Source: Thermoplasmata archaeon (GTDB taxonomy: Archaea > Thermoplasmatota > Thermoplasmata > Halarchaeoplasmatales > Halarchaeoplasmataceae). Taken from it: a DNA stretch of 64,000 nucleotides. This document shows, one piece after another, positions 1 through 10,353 of this stretch. The stretch is taken from contig JAWOBZ010000080.1 in the NCBI GenBank assembly GCA_046484045.1, positions 28,630 through 92,629 of the forward strand. Direction: 5' to 3'. The notes under the pieces are model-generated. The model did no database searches and was not told the origin of the DNA. It saw nothing but the letters and a program-made list of their open reading frames with translations. The position numbers and the translations under genes are program-made. The number at the start of each line of letters is the position of its first letter. Position 1 is the stretch's first letter.

Positions 1-1176
1 ATGATAGAAGTTGCGTTGGAAGACGGCATAAGTTACGATTCATCCAATGTGGGTTTCACCGACGTTTCACAGAGCGACATGGTGGCGATACCGGACCCGG
101 ATACGTACAAGATCATGAATTACGAGAACGAAAAGCTGGCCGTCTTTTTGTGTAAGATGTACTGGCCGGACGGCTCTGATTTCGAAGGCGACCCCAGATA
201 TCTATTGGATACGACCATCAAGGGACTCCGAGAGGAAGGGATCTCAGTGCGTGTCAAGCCCGAGTACGAGTTCCATCTGCTCAAGGAGGGCTCTTACGAA
301 CCAATCGACGCCGGGCGGTACATCGACGGTAGAACCGGATACACCGGCATCATCGGAAAGCTGGCCAAAGTCATGAAAGAGTACGGGATCAGGGTCGAGA
401 AGATACACCACGAAGTCGGTAAGGGACAGTACGAGATCGAACCGCTTCCATACGATGATCCAGTGAAAGCTGCCGACGAGTTCGTATTCATCAAGGAGAT
501 AGTAAAAAAGGAGGCCCGTGAGAACGGTGCCCACGCTACTTTTATGCCTAAACCGGTGGTGGGGGATGCTGGAAATGGGCTGCACATTCACATATCCCTC
601 CTGAAGGACGGAGAGTACATGTTCTCTCCCAGCGAGCTCAATGAAAAGGCCAAGGGGTTCGTCGGAGGGCTGCTTCACCACGCAAAGGCGTTATCCGGCG
701 TGTGCTGCCCGACCATCAATTCATACAAGAGGCTCGTACCTGGATTTGAAGCACCCGTCTACATCTCATGGGGTGGTGAGAACAGGAGCGTTCTGGTCAG
801 GATCCCCGCCTACGGTAACGAGGAGGAGAAAAGAGGACGCGTCGAGTACCGAGCCAGCGACGCCTCCGCAAACATCTATCTGCTGTTGAACTCTCTGATA
901 ACCGCCGGTATAGACGGCATGAAAAGAGGGCTCGATCCGGGAGATGAAGTGAGGGAGAATCTTTACGATCTGAAGGAGAGGGAGATCCATGATATGGGTA
1001 TCGACGTACTGCCGAACAATCTTAACGAAGCGCTCAATCACCTAGAGAGCGACGAAGTTATAGCTAGATCTCTGGGAGAATCACTGCCTTTCTACCTGAA
1101 TCTGAAGCGGGAAGAGATACTGGAGTTCTCCAGGGACGTCACGGATTGGGAGATGGAAAGGTATATAGATTATTGA
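1..1176 (+). CDS. glnA: Glutamine synthetase type I (probably 5'-truncated by the window edge)
   Basis: Motifs PEYEF, HHEVGKGQYEI, ATFMPKP, GNGLHIHISL, NSYKRLVPGFEAP, NRSVLVRIP, RVEYR. The ORF begins about 40 aa into a typical GS. Confidence 0.93.
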   Translation: MIEVALEDGISYDSSNVGFTDVSQSDMVAIPDPDTYKIMNYENEKLAVFLCKMYWPDGSDFEGDPRYLLDTTIKGLREEGISVRVKPEYEFHLLKEGSYEPIDAGRYIDGRTGYTGIIGKLAKVMKEYGIRVEKIHHEVGKGQYEIEPLPYDDPVKAADEFVFIKEIVKKEARENGAHATFMPKPVVGDAGNGLHIHISLLKDGEYMFSPSELNEKAKGFVGGLLHHAKALSGVCCPTINSYKRLVPGFEAPVYISWGGENRSVLVRIPAYGNEEEKRGRVEYRASDASANIYLLLNSLITAGIDGMKRGLDPGDEVRENLYDLKEREIHDMGIDVLPNNLNEALNHLESDEVIARSLGESLPFYLNLKREEILEFSRDVTDWEMERYIDY

Positions 1177-1202
1177 TATCATCACAAAATGGAGGTATAC
1201 AG

Positions 1203-1505
1203 ATGGAAGAAGCGATCAAGGAAGTAGAAGGAGAGAAGGACGAACACGAAGTCGTGGCTTACACACTTAGTACTTGTGGATGGTGCAAGAAAACCAAGAA
1301 ATTGCTCAAGGAATTGGGCGTAAAACACAAGTGTATAGACATAGACCTTCTATGGGGCAACGAAGGTAAGAAGATAAGGGAAGAGCTGGCTGAATACAAC
1401 CCGAAGATGTCCGCACCCACGGTTGTGATCGATGAGGGAGAAGAAGTGATCATAGGATTCGATGAAGAGAAGATAAGGGAGGTTTTAGAAGATGACGAGG
1501 AGTAA
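1203..1505 (+). CDS. Glutaredoxin/NrdH-like redoxin
   Basis: CGWC active site, APTVVI cis-Pro motif, IIGFDEEKI C-terminus; GGAGG RBS before ATG 1203. Confidence 0.88.
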   Translation: MEEAIKEVEGEKDEHEVVAYTLSTCGWCKKTKKLLKELGVKHKCIDIDLLWGNEGKKIREELAEYNPKMSAPTVVIDEGEEVIIGFDEEKIREVLEDDEE

Positions 1506-2028
1506 AGAAGAGATGTTGGAGTACGTAAAAAAGGATGCAGAAGAGAACGGATACTATGTATGCCCGGACGAGGACCTGCTGGATGACCTTATCGAAGGGC
1601 TCGTAGAGAACGAAGAGAGGTACGGCTACGCTTCCTGCCCGTGCAGACCAGGGAGCGGTGTGAAAGTCTATGACAGCGATATCGTCTGTCCGTGTGAGTA
1701 CCGGGATGCCGACGTAGAAGAGTACGGTATGTGCTACTGCGGTTTGTTCGTCTCCAAGGAAGTGAGCGAAGACCCGTCCAAGATGGGTTCTATACCGGAG
1801 AGAAGACCGGACGAGATAATAGATGCCGCTATGGGGGCTAGGGAGAAGAAGAAAGGGGGTGAACTAGATGAAATGGGTTTGAAGGGAGAGTCAGCCAAAA
1901 AGGATGAGAATGTAAAGGTCTGGAGGTGTACCGTGTGCGGTTACCTCGCTGCAAGAGAGGGACCACCGCCGGTATGCCCTATATGCAAAGCTAAAGCGGA
2001 GAGATTTGAAGAGTTCGACGTCGGTTAG
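1492..2028 (+). CDS. Ferredoxin:thioredoxin reductase catalytic-type domain fused to a C-terminal rubredoxin-like domain (FDR-like)
   Basis: CPC...CPC...CYC FTR motifs; C-terminal CTVCG...CPICKA; overlaps the redoxin gene. Confidence 0.88.
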   Translation: MTRSKEEMLEYVKKDAEENGYYVCPDEDLLDDLIEGLVENEERYGYASCPCRPGSGVKVYDSDIVCPCEYRDADVEEYGMCYCGLFVSKEVSEDPSKMGSIPERRPDEIIDAAMGAREKKKGGELDEMGLKGESAKKDENVKVWRCTVCGYLAAREGPPPVCPICKAKAERFEEFDVG

Positions 2029-2087
2029 TTTAAAAAAATTAGTAAAAAAGGAAAGGGGTTTTCAGAATTTTAATAGGTTCAGCGAGT

Positions 2088-3269
2088 TTATATCAGATCC
2101 AATTCTTTACCGAGTTTCTCGTAGACTCTCAGGATCGTGTTGATGTCGTCCTTGGACATACCCGCGTTGATCTGGTTCCTGATCCGTGCCTTTCCTTTGG
2201 CTACCATGGGGAACACGATCGCTAGACCGAATATACCTTCTTCGTAGAGTCTATCTGCGAGCTTCTGAGCCTTCCTACTGTCACCGACCATCGCCGGTAC
2301 GATGGGGGTCTCGCTGTAGCCCGTGTCGAATCCCATGCTCTCCATCTCTTTCTTAAAGTAGTTGGTCAGGTCCCATAATTTCTTCACTCTTTCAGGCTCG
2401 TTCTCCACTATCTCCAGAGCCGCTATGTCCGCTGCTGCAACGTGAGGCGGGAACGCAGCGCTCAAGAGCCAACTACGTGATGTATTGTAAGCGTACTTTA
2501 CAAGATATTCCGTGCCAGCCAGCATACCTCCAAAGCCTCCGAATGCCTTGGAGAACGTTCCCATCTGGAAGTCGATCTTATCCTCTATGTCGAATTCCTT
2601 GGCGATACCGTGGCCGCCTCCCAGGACTCCTTCTCCGTGTGCATCGTCAACGTATGTCATGGCACCGTACTCGTCCGCTAGCTTCTGGATCTCTCCCATC
2701 TTGGCGATGTCGCCGTCCATGCTGAAAACGCCGTCGGTTATGACTATTCCTCTTCGATATCCTTCATCTTCCGCTTCTTTCAGGCACTTCTCTAGTTCAC
2801 CCATATCCGAGTGGCCGTAGATCATCTTGTCTGCTTTTGACAGCCGAACGCCGTCTATGATACTGCCGTGATTGAGCTCGTCGGAAATCAATACGTCCTC
2901 TTTACCAACAAGCTGTGGTATAAGGCCCGCGTTCACTGCGAATCCGGTTTGGTATGTCATCCCGGCTTCGGTGTTCTTGAAATCTGCGATCTTGTCCCAG
3001 AGTTCCTCGTGGATATCCATCGTTCCCGCGATGGACCAATCCGACCCTGCACCAGCGCCGTACTTTTTTACCGCTTCGATAGCGGCTTCTTTCAGTTTCG
3101 GATGGTTAGCCAAGTCCAGGTAGTTGTTTGACGCCAGCATGATACACTCTTTACCGTCAACAGTCACGTGAGGTTTGGACGGACCGTTTAAGTCTCTTAT
3201 CTTCCATGTCAGTCCTTCCTCTTTCATCCTGTGGTATTCCCTTTCTAGAAATTCCGTTTTCTCTTTCAT
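2088..3269 (-). CDS. kbl: Glycine C-acetyltransferase (class II PLP aminotransferase, Kbl/BioF family)
   Basis: SNNYLDL, SDELNHGSIIDG, DGVFSMDGD, DDAHGEG, GTFSKA (PLP lysine), VAKGKARIR. Confidence 0.85.
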   Translation of the reverse strand: MKEKTEFLEREYHRMKEEGLTWKIRDLNGPSKPHVTVDGKECIMLASNNYLDLANHPKLKEAAIEAVKKYGAGAGSDWSIAGTMDIHEELWDKIADFKNTEAGMTYQTGFAVNAGLIPQLVGKEDVLISDELNHGSIIDGVRLSKADKMIYGHSDMGELEKCLKEAEDEGYRRGIVITDGVFSMDGDIAKMGEIQKLADEYGAMTYVDDAHGEGVLGGGHGIAKEFDIEDKIDFQMGTFSKAFGGFGGMLAGTEYLVKYAYNTSRSWLLSAAFPPHVAAADIAALEIVENEPERVKKLWDLTNYFKKEMESMGFDTGYSETPIVPAMVGDSRKAQKLADRLYEEGIFGLAIVFPMVAKGKARIRNQINAGMSKDDINTILRVYEKLGKELDLI

Positions 3270-3367
3270 CTTATCTTCTCCGTGGATCGTATTATTCGTA
3301 TTATTTTTATCTCCCCTTGTAGGGATTTGTAACGTTAGTAGAAAAATACTTCGTACTTAATTCTTTC

Positions 3368-4909
3368 TCACGAATCGTTTTTTTCTCCCCATCCCCCTCC
3401 ACCTGGTGTTTTTATGATCAGGGCGTCTCCAGCCTTAACATCCCTGCTAACCCGGCTTCCCAATAGGATCTTTTCACCGCTTGAGAGTAAAATGTTCTCT
3501 CCTCGTTTACCGTTCCCTCCACCTTTCATCCCTTTGGGTTCGTGCTCCCTCCTCTCGGATTGTATGGATAGATGGCAGTCTTCCAAGAACTCTATCTCTT
3601 TGACTATACCATCTCCTCCTTTGTATCTCCCGGCTCCGCCGGAACCCTTCCTAAGTCTGTACTGTTTTACCCTGAGAGGATACTCGTTCTCCACGGATTC
3701 GATAGGCGTGTTCTGGGTGTTGGTCATGTGCACGTGGACACCGTCTTCCCCACCTCCCCTCCAATAAGCTCCGGCTCCGCCACCGATGGTCTCGTAGAAG
3801 GTGAAATTATCGTTTCCGATGGTGACGTTGTTCATGGTGCCTTGGGATTCTGCGGGTATCGTATCTGGAAGTACTTGTCGCAGGCATTTTAGAATGAGTT
3901 CGACGACTCTCTGCGACGTCTCCACGTTTCCGGAAGATACGGCGGCAGGCGGCTCTGGATTGAGTACGGTCCCCTTGGGAATATCGATGCTTATCGGTTC
4001 GTAACATCCGGCGGTTATAGGGATATCATCCGGTATCAAGCACCTCAGTACATAGTAAACGGCGGAGTGGGTGACCGGCGCGGGGGCATTGATGTTACCC
4101 TGGACCTGTGGGTGTGTTCCTTGAAAATCAAATCTCATCGCGTCCCCCTCCTTTTTCATACTCAGGTGGAGTTCGACCGGTTCCTTCCACTCCATGACAT
4201 CCATCTCTTTTACATCGAAGTCCTGCATCCCTTTGATGGCCTCCCTTGTTCTTTTTTCAGAATACCGGATAACATCATCTACAAACTCACCATAAGAATC
4301 CAGACCGAAACGCCGTACGGCTTTGGTGAACTCACTAGCTCCGAGTTCGTTTGCACCCATCTGTGCTCTCAGATCACCTATCCTCTCGCTGCTGCACCTT
4401 AGGTTCCTGAACATCTCCATAACATCTTCAACTATCTCTCCCTTGTCCATGATGTGCATGGGCGGGATCACAATACCTTCATCCTGGAGGGTCTTGCTGT
4501 CGCCGGGCATGGATCCAGGTGTTTTCCCTCCTATGTCCGAGTGGTGTGCCCTATTGACAACGTATCCCAAAAAATCTTCACCGGACCAGACCGGTTTTAT
4601 TATTGTGATATCGGGAAGGTGGGTACCCCCCTTGTACGGATCATTGAGTATTATCTGATCCCCCCGGGAAAGCTCACACCTTTCTACGGCGGCATCCAGG
4701 GCGTTGGGCATGGCTCCGAGATGCACGGGGATGTGTTCGGCTTGAGCTAACAGTTTCGCATCAGCCGAGAACAGAGCGCATGATTCATCCTTTCTTTCCT
4801 TTATATTCGGGGAGTAAGAACTCCTCTGGAGTGCCGCACCCATCTGTTCCGGGATGGAGACGAAAGCGTTCTTCATGACCTCGAGTTGTGTGGGAGATAA
4901 TTCGCTCAT
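3368..4909 (-). CDS. Hydantoinase B / 5-oxoprolinase subunit
   Basis: SPNIKERKDESCA, HIPVHLG, NDPYKGGTHLPD, HHSDIGG, TPGGGGWG. Confidence 0.92.
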   Translation of the reverse strand: MSELSPTQLEVMKNAFVSIPEQMGAALQRSSYSPNIKERKDESCALFSADAKLLAQAEHIPVHLGAMPNALDAAVERCELSRGDQIILNDPYKGGTHLPDITIIKPVWSGEDFLGYVVNRAHHSDIGGKTPGSMPGDSKTLQDEGIVIPPMHIMDKGEIVEDVMEMFRNLRCSSERIGDLRAQMGANELGASEFTKAVRRFGLDSYGEFVDDVIRYSEKRTREAIKGMQDFDVKEMDVMEWKEPVELHLSMKKEGDAMRFDFQGTHPQVQGNINAPAPVTHSAVYYVLRCLIPDDIPITAGCYEPISIDIPKGTVLNPEPPAAVSSGNVETSQRVVELILKCLRQVLPDTIPAESQGTMNNVTIGNDNFTFYETIGGGAGAYWRGGGEDGVHVHMTNTQNTPIESVENEYPLRVKQYRLRKGSGGAGRYKGGDGIVKEIEFLEDCHLSIQSERREHEPKGMKGGGNGKRGENILLSSGEKILLGSRVSRDVKAGDALIIKTPGGGGWGEKNDS

Positions 4910-6819
4910 GTATCCCCCTCCTTTTCCATGTACAACAGACCGTCCTTATCGACTCGCCATCTCCAACTGGGCGGGACCAATATAGTGGAATTAGAGTCCT
5001 CTATGACCGCAGGCCCTATGCCATTATCGTCGCCCTGCAGTCCCTTTCTATAATAGACTCTTGTCTTCATTCTACCCTCTGTGAACAGACATCTCCTGTC
5101 TGCAGGGTGCTCGACATCTTCGTATCCATGCGGTAGGATTTCTATACCGGTTTGCTTTTTCGACCTAACGTGAACCTTAACGACCTCTATTATCTCTCCT
5201 TCCTTGGAAAAACCGTACATATCCATGTGTTTCTTATGAAATCTGGACTCGATGTCCGAGATATCGCCTGTATATGTGAGATTGAGATGATAGCTCTGCC
5301 CTTTGTACCTGAGTCCCAGGATAATCTCTTCTTCCCAGCCCTCGTAGTGCGGTGCGATATCTTGGATGACTTCTTCTATCTCACTCTTGTTCGTCAACCT
5401 GGTGAAGTAAGTCCTGGTTTCATCCCTCACAAGATCTCCGGTCATCATACCGAAGGCGGAGAAAACACCGGGCAGGGGTGGGATTATCACCTGCGTGATG
5501 CCTAACTCATCGGCTAGACTTGCAGCGTGCAGAGGACCCGCTCCTCCGAAAGCTAATATGCTGAACTTTTCAGGGTCTAGACCCTTTTCGACCGTTATCT
5601 TCTTCATGGTCCTGCTCATGGTGGAGTTGGCTATGCGGTATATTCCGGTGATGGTTTCGTCCGCTGTCATGTCGAGGGCATCGGCCAGCTCTTCCAATTT
5701 CTCTTGCGCTTTGTTTATGTTCAGTTCCATCTTTCCCCCCACGAAGTAATCTGGATCTATGTAACCGGCGCACAACAGGGCATCGGTGACGGTCGGCTGC
5801 AGTCCTCCCTTCCCATAGCACACGGGTCCGGGGTCCGCGCCGGCACTCTGTGGACCGACCCTGAGTGCTCCGCCGGAATCTTTCCTAGCTATACTGCCGC
5901 CTCCGGCTCCGACGGTTACGATATCGGCCATCTCGGATTGTACGGGAAACGCACCTATAGTACCCTGGTCTTTCCATGATATCTCACCGTTGACGATAGA
6001 GCACATATCGGCGCTTGTCCCTCCCATATCGAACGTGACGATGTTTTTTATACCGGTGCATTCTGCGATGAATCGGCCTCCCGCCGCACCACCAGCGGGT
6101 CCGGATAGGAACGTATCCACGGGCTCAACTTTACTTGCAGTGTCTAGACCTCCGTTGGACTTCATTATCAAAGGTGTTTTGGGCAGTGAGCTGCTCAGTT
6201 CATCGAAGTAGTGCTTGACGATGGGTTTTAGATAGGCATCTATCAGCGTGGTCATCCCTCTTTCGTACTCTCTGTACTCTCCCGTCACTTCACAGGAGAG
6301 TGAATGTGGAACGCCGTACTTTTCCAGGATATCGCCTATCTTCTCTTCGTGCAATGGATTTTTGTACGAGTGAAGTAGGCATACCGCAGCGCACACCCCT
6401 TTTTGTTTCAGTGAACGGGCTAGATCGGTTATCTCGTTTTCATCTATCTTTTCGATAACCTCTCCATGGGGATCTGTCCTTCCAGATACCCCATGACAGT
6501 CTCCCTGTTCCAGAGGAGGCTTCTTTTTGGAAACGTGCAGATCATACAGATCCGGCCTCGTCTGGCGGCCTATGAACAGTATGTCTTCGAAACCACGGTT
6601 GGTGATAAAGGCGGTTTTTACCCCTTTACCCTCTAATAACGCATTTGTAGCCACGGTGGTTCCGTGAAATATGTCCCCCGTTATTTTTCTTCCATTTATA
6701 CCGTTTACAACGGATATGGAGGGGTTTTCCGGTGTGGAAGGAACCTTGTAGTAGGAAATATCCTCTTCGATCATAATGAAATCGGTGAAGGTTCCGCCAA
6801 CGTCGACAGACAATACCAT
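4906..6819 (-). CDS. Hydantoinase A / 5-oxoprolinase subunit (ATP-dependent)
   Basis: DVGGTFTD, HGTTVATNALLE, SGPAGG, DMGGTS, GAGGGS, SAGADPGP, FGGAGPLHA. Confidence 0.93.
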   Translation of the reverse strand: MVLSVDVGGTFTDFIMIEEDISYYKVPSTPENPSISVVNGINGRKITGDIFHGTTVATNALLEGKGVKTAFITNRGFEDILFIGRQTRPDLYDLHVSKKKPPLEQGDCHGVSGRTDPHGEVIEKIDENEITDLARSLKQKGVCAAVCLLHSYKNPLHEEKIGDILEKYGVPHSLSCEVTGEYREYERGMTTLIDAYLKPIVKHYFDELSSSLPKTPLIMKSNGGLDTASKVEPVDTFLSGPAGGAAGGRFIAECTGIKNIVTFDMGGTSADMCSIVNGEISWKDQGTIGAFPVQSEMADIVTVGAGGGSIARKDSGGALRVGPQSAGADPGPVCYGKGGLQPTVTDALLCAGYIDPDYFVGGKMELNINKAQEKLEELADALDMTADETITGIYRIANSTMSRTMKKITVEKGLDPEKFSILAFGGAGPLHAASLADELGITQVIIPPLPGVFSAFGMMTGDLVRDETRTYFTRLTNKSEIEEVIQDIAPHYEGWEEEIILGLRYKGQSYHLNLTYTGDISDIESRFHKKHMDMYGFSKEGEIIEVVKVHVRSKKQTGIEILPHGYEDVEHPADRRCLFTEGRMKTRVYYRKGLQGDDNGIGPAVIEDSNSTILVPPSWRWRVDKDGLLYMEKEGDT

Positions 6820-6876
6820 GTTTTGGTATCCGAGCTAGATATAAAATAGTTGTTGATTTCTCGATGATAACACCAG

Positions 6877-7035
6877 TTAATTTAAATACGTTCGCAGCGG
6901 CCAGTGTTTTTTAATAGAACGTTTTACACGTCTCCTTATCCACATATATAGGAAAAATAGCATTGTAAAGGTAAGGATATAGCCTGCAGCTAGAATTCCT
7001 TCATGAGCCGATCCTATGGGATCACCGAAATACAT
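6877..7035 (-). CDS. Putative 52-aa single-TM small protein (not in ORF track)
   Basis: MYFGDPIGSAHEGILAAGYILTFTMLFFLYMWIRRRVKRSIKKHWPLRTYLN: hydrophobic stretch then basic tail; TTTTATAA box just upstream. Confidence 0.4.
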   Translation of the reverse strand: MYFGDPIGSAHEGILAAGYILTFTMLFFLYMWIRRRVKRSIKKHWPLRTYLN

Positions 7036-7175
7036 ATATTTTGATCATTTATAAAACTTCGGTAGCGATTGATTTCTTATCCAGTAAAATCTATTTTGGG
7101 GGCTTATATAGTAAACGACCATTAAACTTATATAGAAAGTCTACCTTTGTATATATGCACATACGCGAGAATCTT

Positions 7176-7255
7176 ACATCACGATAATCACCCTCCCTCC
7201 CTTTTTGAGTGAGTGGAGGATTCACCACATCACTATAACCTCCCCCTTCCCTTTT
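7176..7255. repeat. Imperfect ~30-bp direct repeat, 2 copies (7176-7205, 7227-7255)
   Basis: ACATCACGATAATCACCCTCCCTCCCTTTT versus ACATCACTATAACCTCCCCCTTCCCTTTT. Confidence 0.7.
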
Positions 7256-7343
7256 GCTATTGATTATAGGCAAATTATAAATAACATCTTGATAGGATAA
7301 GGTTTATAACTGAAAATATAATTATACGAAACGGTGAAAGAGA

Positions 7344-8057
7344 ATGCAGCCAGGACAGATGGGATACGATAGGGGAATAACGGTCTTCTCTCCAGACGGT
7401 CGGCTTTTCCAGGTGGAGTACGCCAGGGAAGCCGTAAAGAGAGGTACGACAACCGTAGGAATCAAAACAGAAGAGGGCGTAGCCCTTATCGTTGACAAAA
7501 GAGTTTCAAGTAAATTAGTTGAATCAAGTTCGATTGAAAAGATATTCAAGATCGATAGAAAGATTGGATTGGCAACCTCGGGACTCGTTGCGGATGCAAG
7601 GGTCCTCGTAGATCATGCCAGAGTTATGGCTCAGATCAATCGTGTTTCTTACAACGAGCGGATAGATATTTCCACTCTGGTCAAGAAGATATGTGATTAC
7701 AAGCAGACTTACACCCAGTACGGCGGCGTGAGACCCTTCGGAACTGCGCTTTTGGTCGCAGGGATAGACGAGGGGGGCGCACATCTGTATGAAACCGATC
7801 CAAGCGGTGCTTTTCAAGCGCTTAAAGCCAACAGCATCGGCATGGACCGAGAGGAAGTCCAGGAAGTCTTCGAAGAAGAGTACGAAGAGAACATGAGTCT
7901 TGAAGATGGCATCCAATTGGCGATCAAGGGATTGGACAGGGCCGCAGAAGGTGATTTGAACCCTGAATCTCTCGAGGTCGCGATCATCACAAAAGATGCT
8001 GATTTTCACACACTTGAGGAAGATGAGATAGAAAAATACACGAAATCACTGAAGTAA
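7344..8057 (+). CDS. psmA: Proteasome alpha subunit
   Basis: GYDRGITVFSPDGRLFQVEYA, YTQYGGVRPFG, ETDPSG. Confidence 0.97.
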   Translation: MQPGQMGYDRGITVFSPDGRLFQVEYAREAVKRGTTTVGIKTEEGVALIVDKRVSSKLVESSSIEKIFKIDRKIGLATSGLVADARVLVDHARVMAQINRVSYNERIDISTLVKKICDYKQTYTQYGGVRPFGTALLVAGIDEGGAHLYETDPSGAFQALKANSIGMDREEVQEVFEEEYEENMSLEDGIQLAIKGLDRAAEGDLNPESLEVAIITKDADFHTLEEDEIEKYTKSLK

Positions 8058-8069
8058 AGGAGGATTTAT

Positions 8070-8801
8070 TTGGGTAAAAAAGATTTTCAAAAGGAACACA
8101 CCGATACGCTGCTTGACGAGCACGTGATCGCAAGGTACAAGTCACACGGTAAGATCTTTGAGATCTTGATCAAGCCCGATGCCGTAGAGAAATTTCGAGG
8201 AGGAAAAGAGATCTCCATATTAGAGAACATGCCGGTGGACAAGATCTTTACCGACGCAAAGAAAGGTGAAGAAGCATCCAACGACGATCTTGAGGAGATC
8301 TTTGATACATCCGACGTCGAGGAGATAGCCAACTATATACTTGACCACGGCGATGTACAGATAACCACGGAACAGAGAAGGAAAAGACAGGAACAGAAGA
8401 TGAAGGAGATAATCAACAGGATAGTCCGCAATTCCATGAACCCACAGACGGGGACGCCACATCCACCGACGAGGATAGAGAACGCTTTAAAAGAGGCGAA
8501 TTTCCATATCGACCCGTTCAAACCAGTAAGTATACAGGTAGAAGAAGTGGTCGATGAGATCAAAGCCCTTATCCCATTGAGTTTCAAGAAACTTTCCGTA
8601 TCAGTCACCCTCAGAGGGGATTACTACGGAAAATTGTACAGTGACATGAAGAAGATGGGGACATTAGTTGAAGAGAACTGGCTCGACGATGGTAGATGGA
8701 ATGGAATCCTCAAGATTCCAGCGGGCATTAAGGATGAATTCTTCGATATGTTGAATAATAAAACGAAAGGTACAGCGGAGTTAGAAGTATTAGATGATTG
8801 A
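8070..8801 (+). CDS. sdo1: Ribosome maturation factor SBDS/Sdo1
   Basis: IFTDAKKGE, QITTEQRR, NPQTGTPHPPTRIENAL; position in the exosome operon. Confidence 0.95.
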   Translation: MGKKDFQKEHTDTLLDEHVIARYKSHGKIFEILIKPDAVEKFRGGKEISILENMPVDKIFTDAKKGEEASNDDLEEIFDTSDVEEIANYILDHGDVQITTEQRRKRQEQKMKEIINRIVRNSMNPQTGTPHPPTRIENALKEANFHIDPFKPVSIQVEEVVDEIKALIPLSFKKLSVSVTLRGDYYGKLYSDMKKMGTLVEENWLDDGRWNGILKIPAGIKDEFFDMLNNKTKGTAELEVLDD

Positions 8802-8859
8802 ATTGAATGATATAGAATGTAGGGATAAGATGAATAGATATATTTTGTGAGGTATTGTT

Positions 8860-9564
8860 ATGAGTGAAAATAAAAGAGAAGTTAAGAGAGAATTACTCCT
8901 GCCAGGAGATACTATTGAGGAAGAAGACGTTAAACCAGGCAGAGGAACTTTCAAAGATGGTAACGAAATCCACGCGTCAAAGTTGGGCGTTAAAACATTT
9001 CGTTCAGGTTACGTGAACGTCGCCGCACAGAGCGGTAGGTACGATGCCAAGAGAGGTGACAAGGTCGTCGGTACGGTTACAGATGTGAATTCATCCATAT
9101 GGATGGTCGACCTTAACGCACCGTTCCCGGCCGTACTGCACGTGAACGACGTTCCTTGGAGAGTAGAATTCGGAGACACTAAGAGTTACATAGACGTCGG
9201 AGACGCGGTCTTAGTAAAGATAGCCAACGTCGACGAGTTGAAGAAGATACAGATACGGATGGACGAAGAAGGGCTAAGAAAGCTCAACAGTGGACAGATA
9301 ATCGAGATAGCTCCTTCCCAAGTTCCCAGAGTTATAGGTAGAAAGGGCTCCATGATATCCATGTTGAAGAAGTACACCAACTGCAGGATATTCGTGGGAC
9401 AGAACGGAAGGATCTGGATAGACGGCGATCTAGAAGGACAGTATTTGGCAGTTCGCGCTATAAAGATAATCGAGGAAAAGGCACAGGTGGTCGGACTGAC
9501 CGAGATAGTCAAAGAATTTTTGAAGGATGAAACAGGTAAGGATTTAGAAGAGGAAGAGGAATAA
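8860..9564 (+). CDS. rrp4: Exosome RNA-binding protein Rrp4
   Basis: S1 + KH domains (PRVIGRKGSMI, VGQNGRIWI). Confidence 0.95.
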   Translation: MSENKREVKRELLLPGDTIEEEDVKPGRGTFKDGNEIHASKLGVKTFRSGYVNVAAQSGRYDAKRGDKVVGTVTDVNSSIWMVDLNAPFPAVLHVNDVPWRVEFGDTKSYIDVGDAVLVKIANVDELKKIQIRMDEEGLRKLNSGQIIEIAPSQVPRVIGRKGSMISMLKKYTNCRIFVGQNGRIWIDGDLEGQYLAVRAIKIIEEKAQVVGLTEIVKEFLKDETGKDLEEEEE

Positions 9565-9583
9565 ATAATCAGGAGGATTTATT

Positions 9584-10348
9584 ATGGGTAGTAATAAAGA
9601 TATTGAATTGATTGATGAAGAAGGTAACAGACTAGATGGTAGAAAATTTGATGAATTGAGAGAGATAACGATCGAAGCGGGAGTGCTCAAAAGGGCCGAC
9701 GGTTCAGCTTATCTAACATGGGGTAAGAACAAAGTCATAGTCGCCGTTTACGGACCTAGAGAGATGCATCCGCGGCACGCCCAGGACCCGTCAAAAGCAG
9801 TGGTACAGGCGAGGTACAACATGGCCTCGTTTTCCGTTCCAGACAGGAAAAGACCGGGACCGGACAGGCGTTCCATGGAGATAAGTAAATTGTTGTCCGA
9901 AGCGTTGGAAGAAGTCGTATTTGTTGAACAGTTCCCACGCTCATCCATCGATGTTTTCATAGAGATACTGGAGGCAAGTGCCGGGACGAGATGTGCCGCA
10001 CTCACAGCGGCATCGGTAGCTTTGGCGGACGCGGGCATACCGATGTCAAATATGGTCACATCCTGCGCAGCCGGTAAGATCGGAGGACAGGTCGTACTCG
10101 ACCTAGGTAAAAAAGAGGACAACTTCGGACAAGCCGACGTTCCAGTCGGAGTAGTCCCCAGGACGGGGAAGATAACCCTTCTACAGATGGACGGCCACTT
10201 GACCGTCGAGGAATACGAACAGGTCATGGATTTGGCTATCAACGCATGCAGCGAGATTTACGAGATACAGAGAGAAGCACTGAAAAAGAAATACTCTACG
10301 AATCTAGAGGACTTCGATGAGATGGATGAAATACAAGAGGAGGACTGA
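9584..10348 (+). CDS. rrp41: Exosome exonuclease Rrp41
   Basis: [35 protein letters not shown]. Confidence 0.96.
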   Translation: MGSNKDIELIDEEGNRLDGRKFDELREITIEAGVLKRADGSAYLTWGKNKVIVAVYGPREMHPRHAQDPSKAVVQARYNMASFSVPDRKRPGPDRRSMEISKLLSEALEEVVFVEQFPRSSIDVFIEILEASAGTRCAALTAASVALADAGIPMSNMVTSCAAGKIGGQVVLDLGKKEDNFGQADVPVGVVPRTGKITLLQMDGHLTVEEYEQVMDLAINACSEIYEIQREALKKKYSTNLEDFDEMDEIQEED

Positions 10349-10353
10349 GAACA

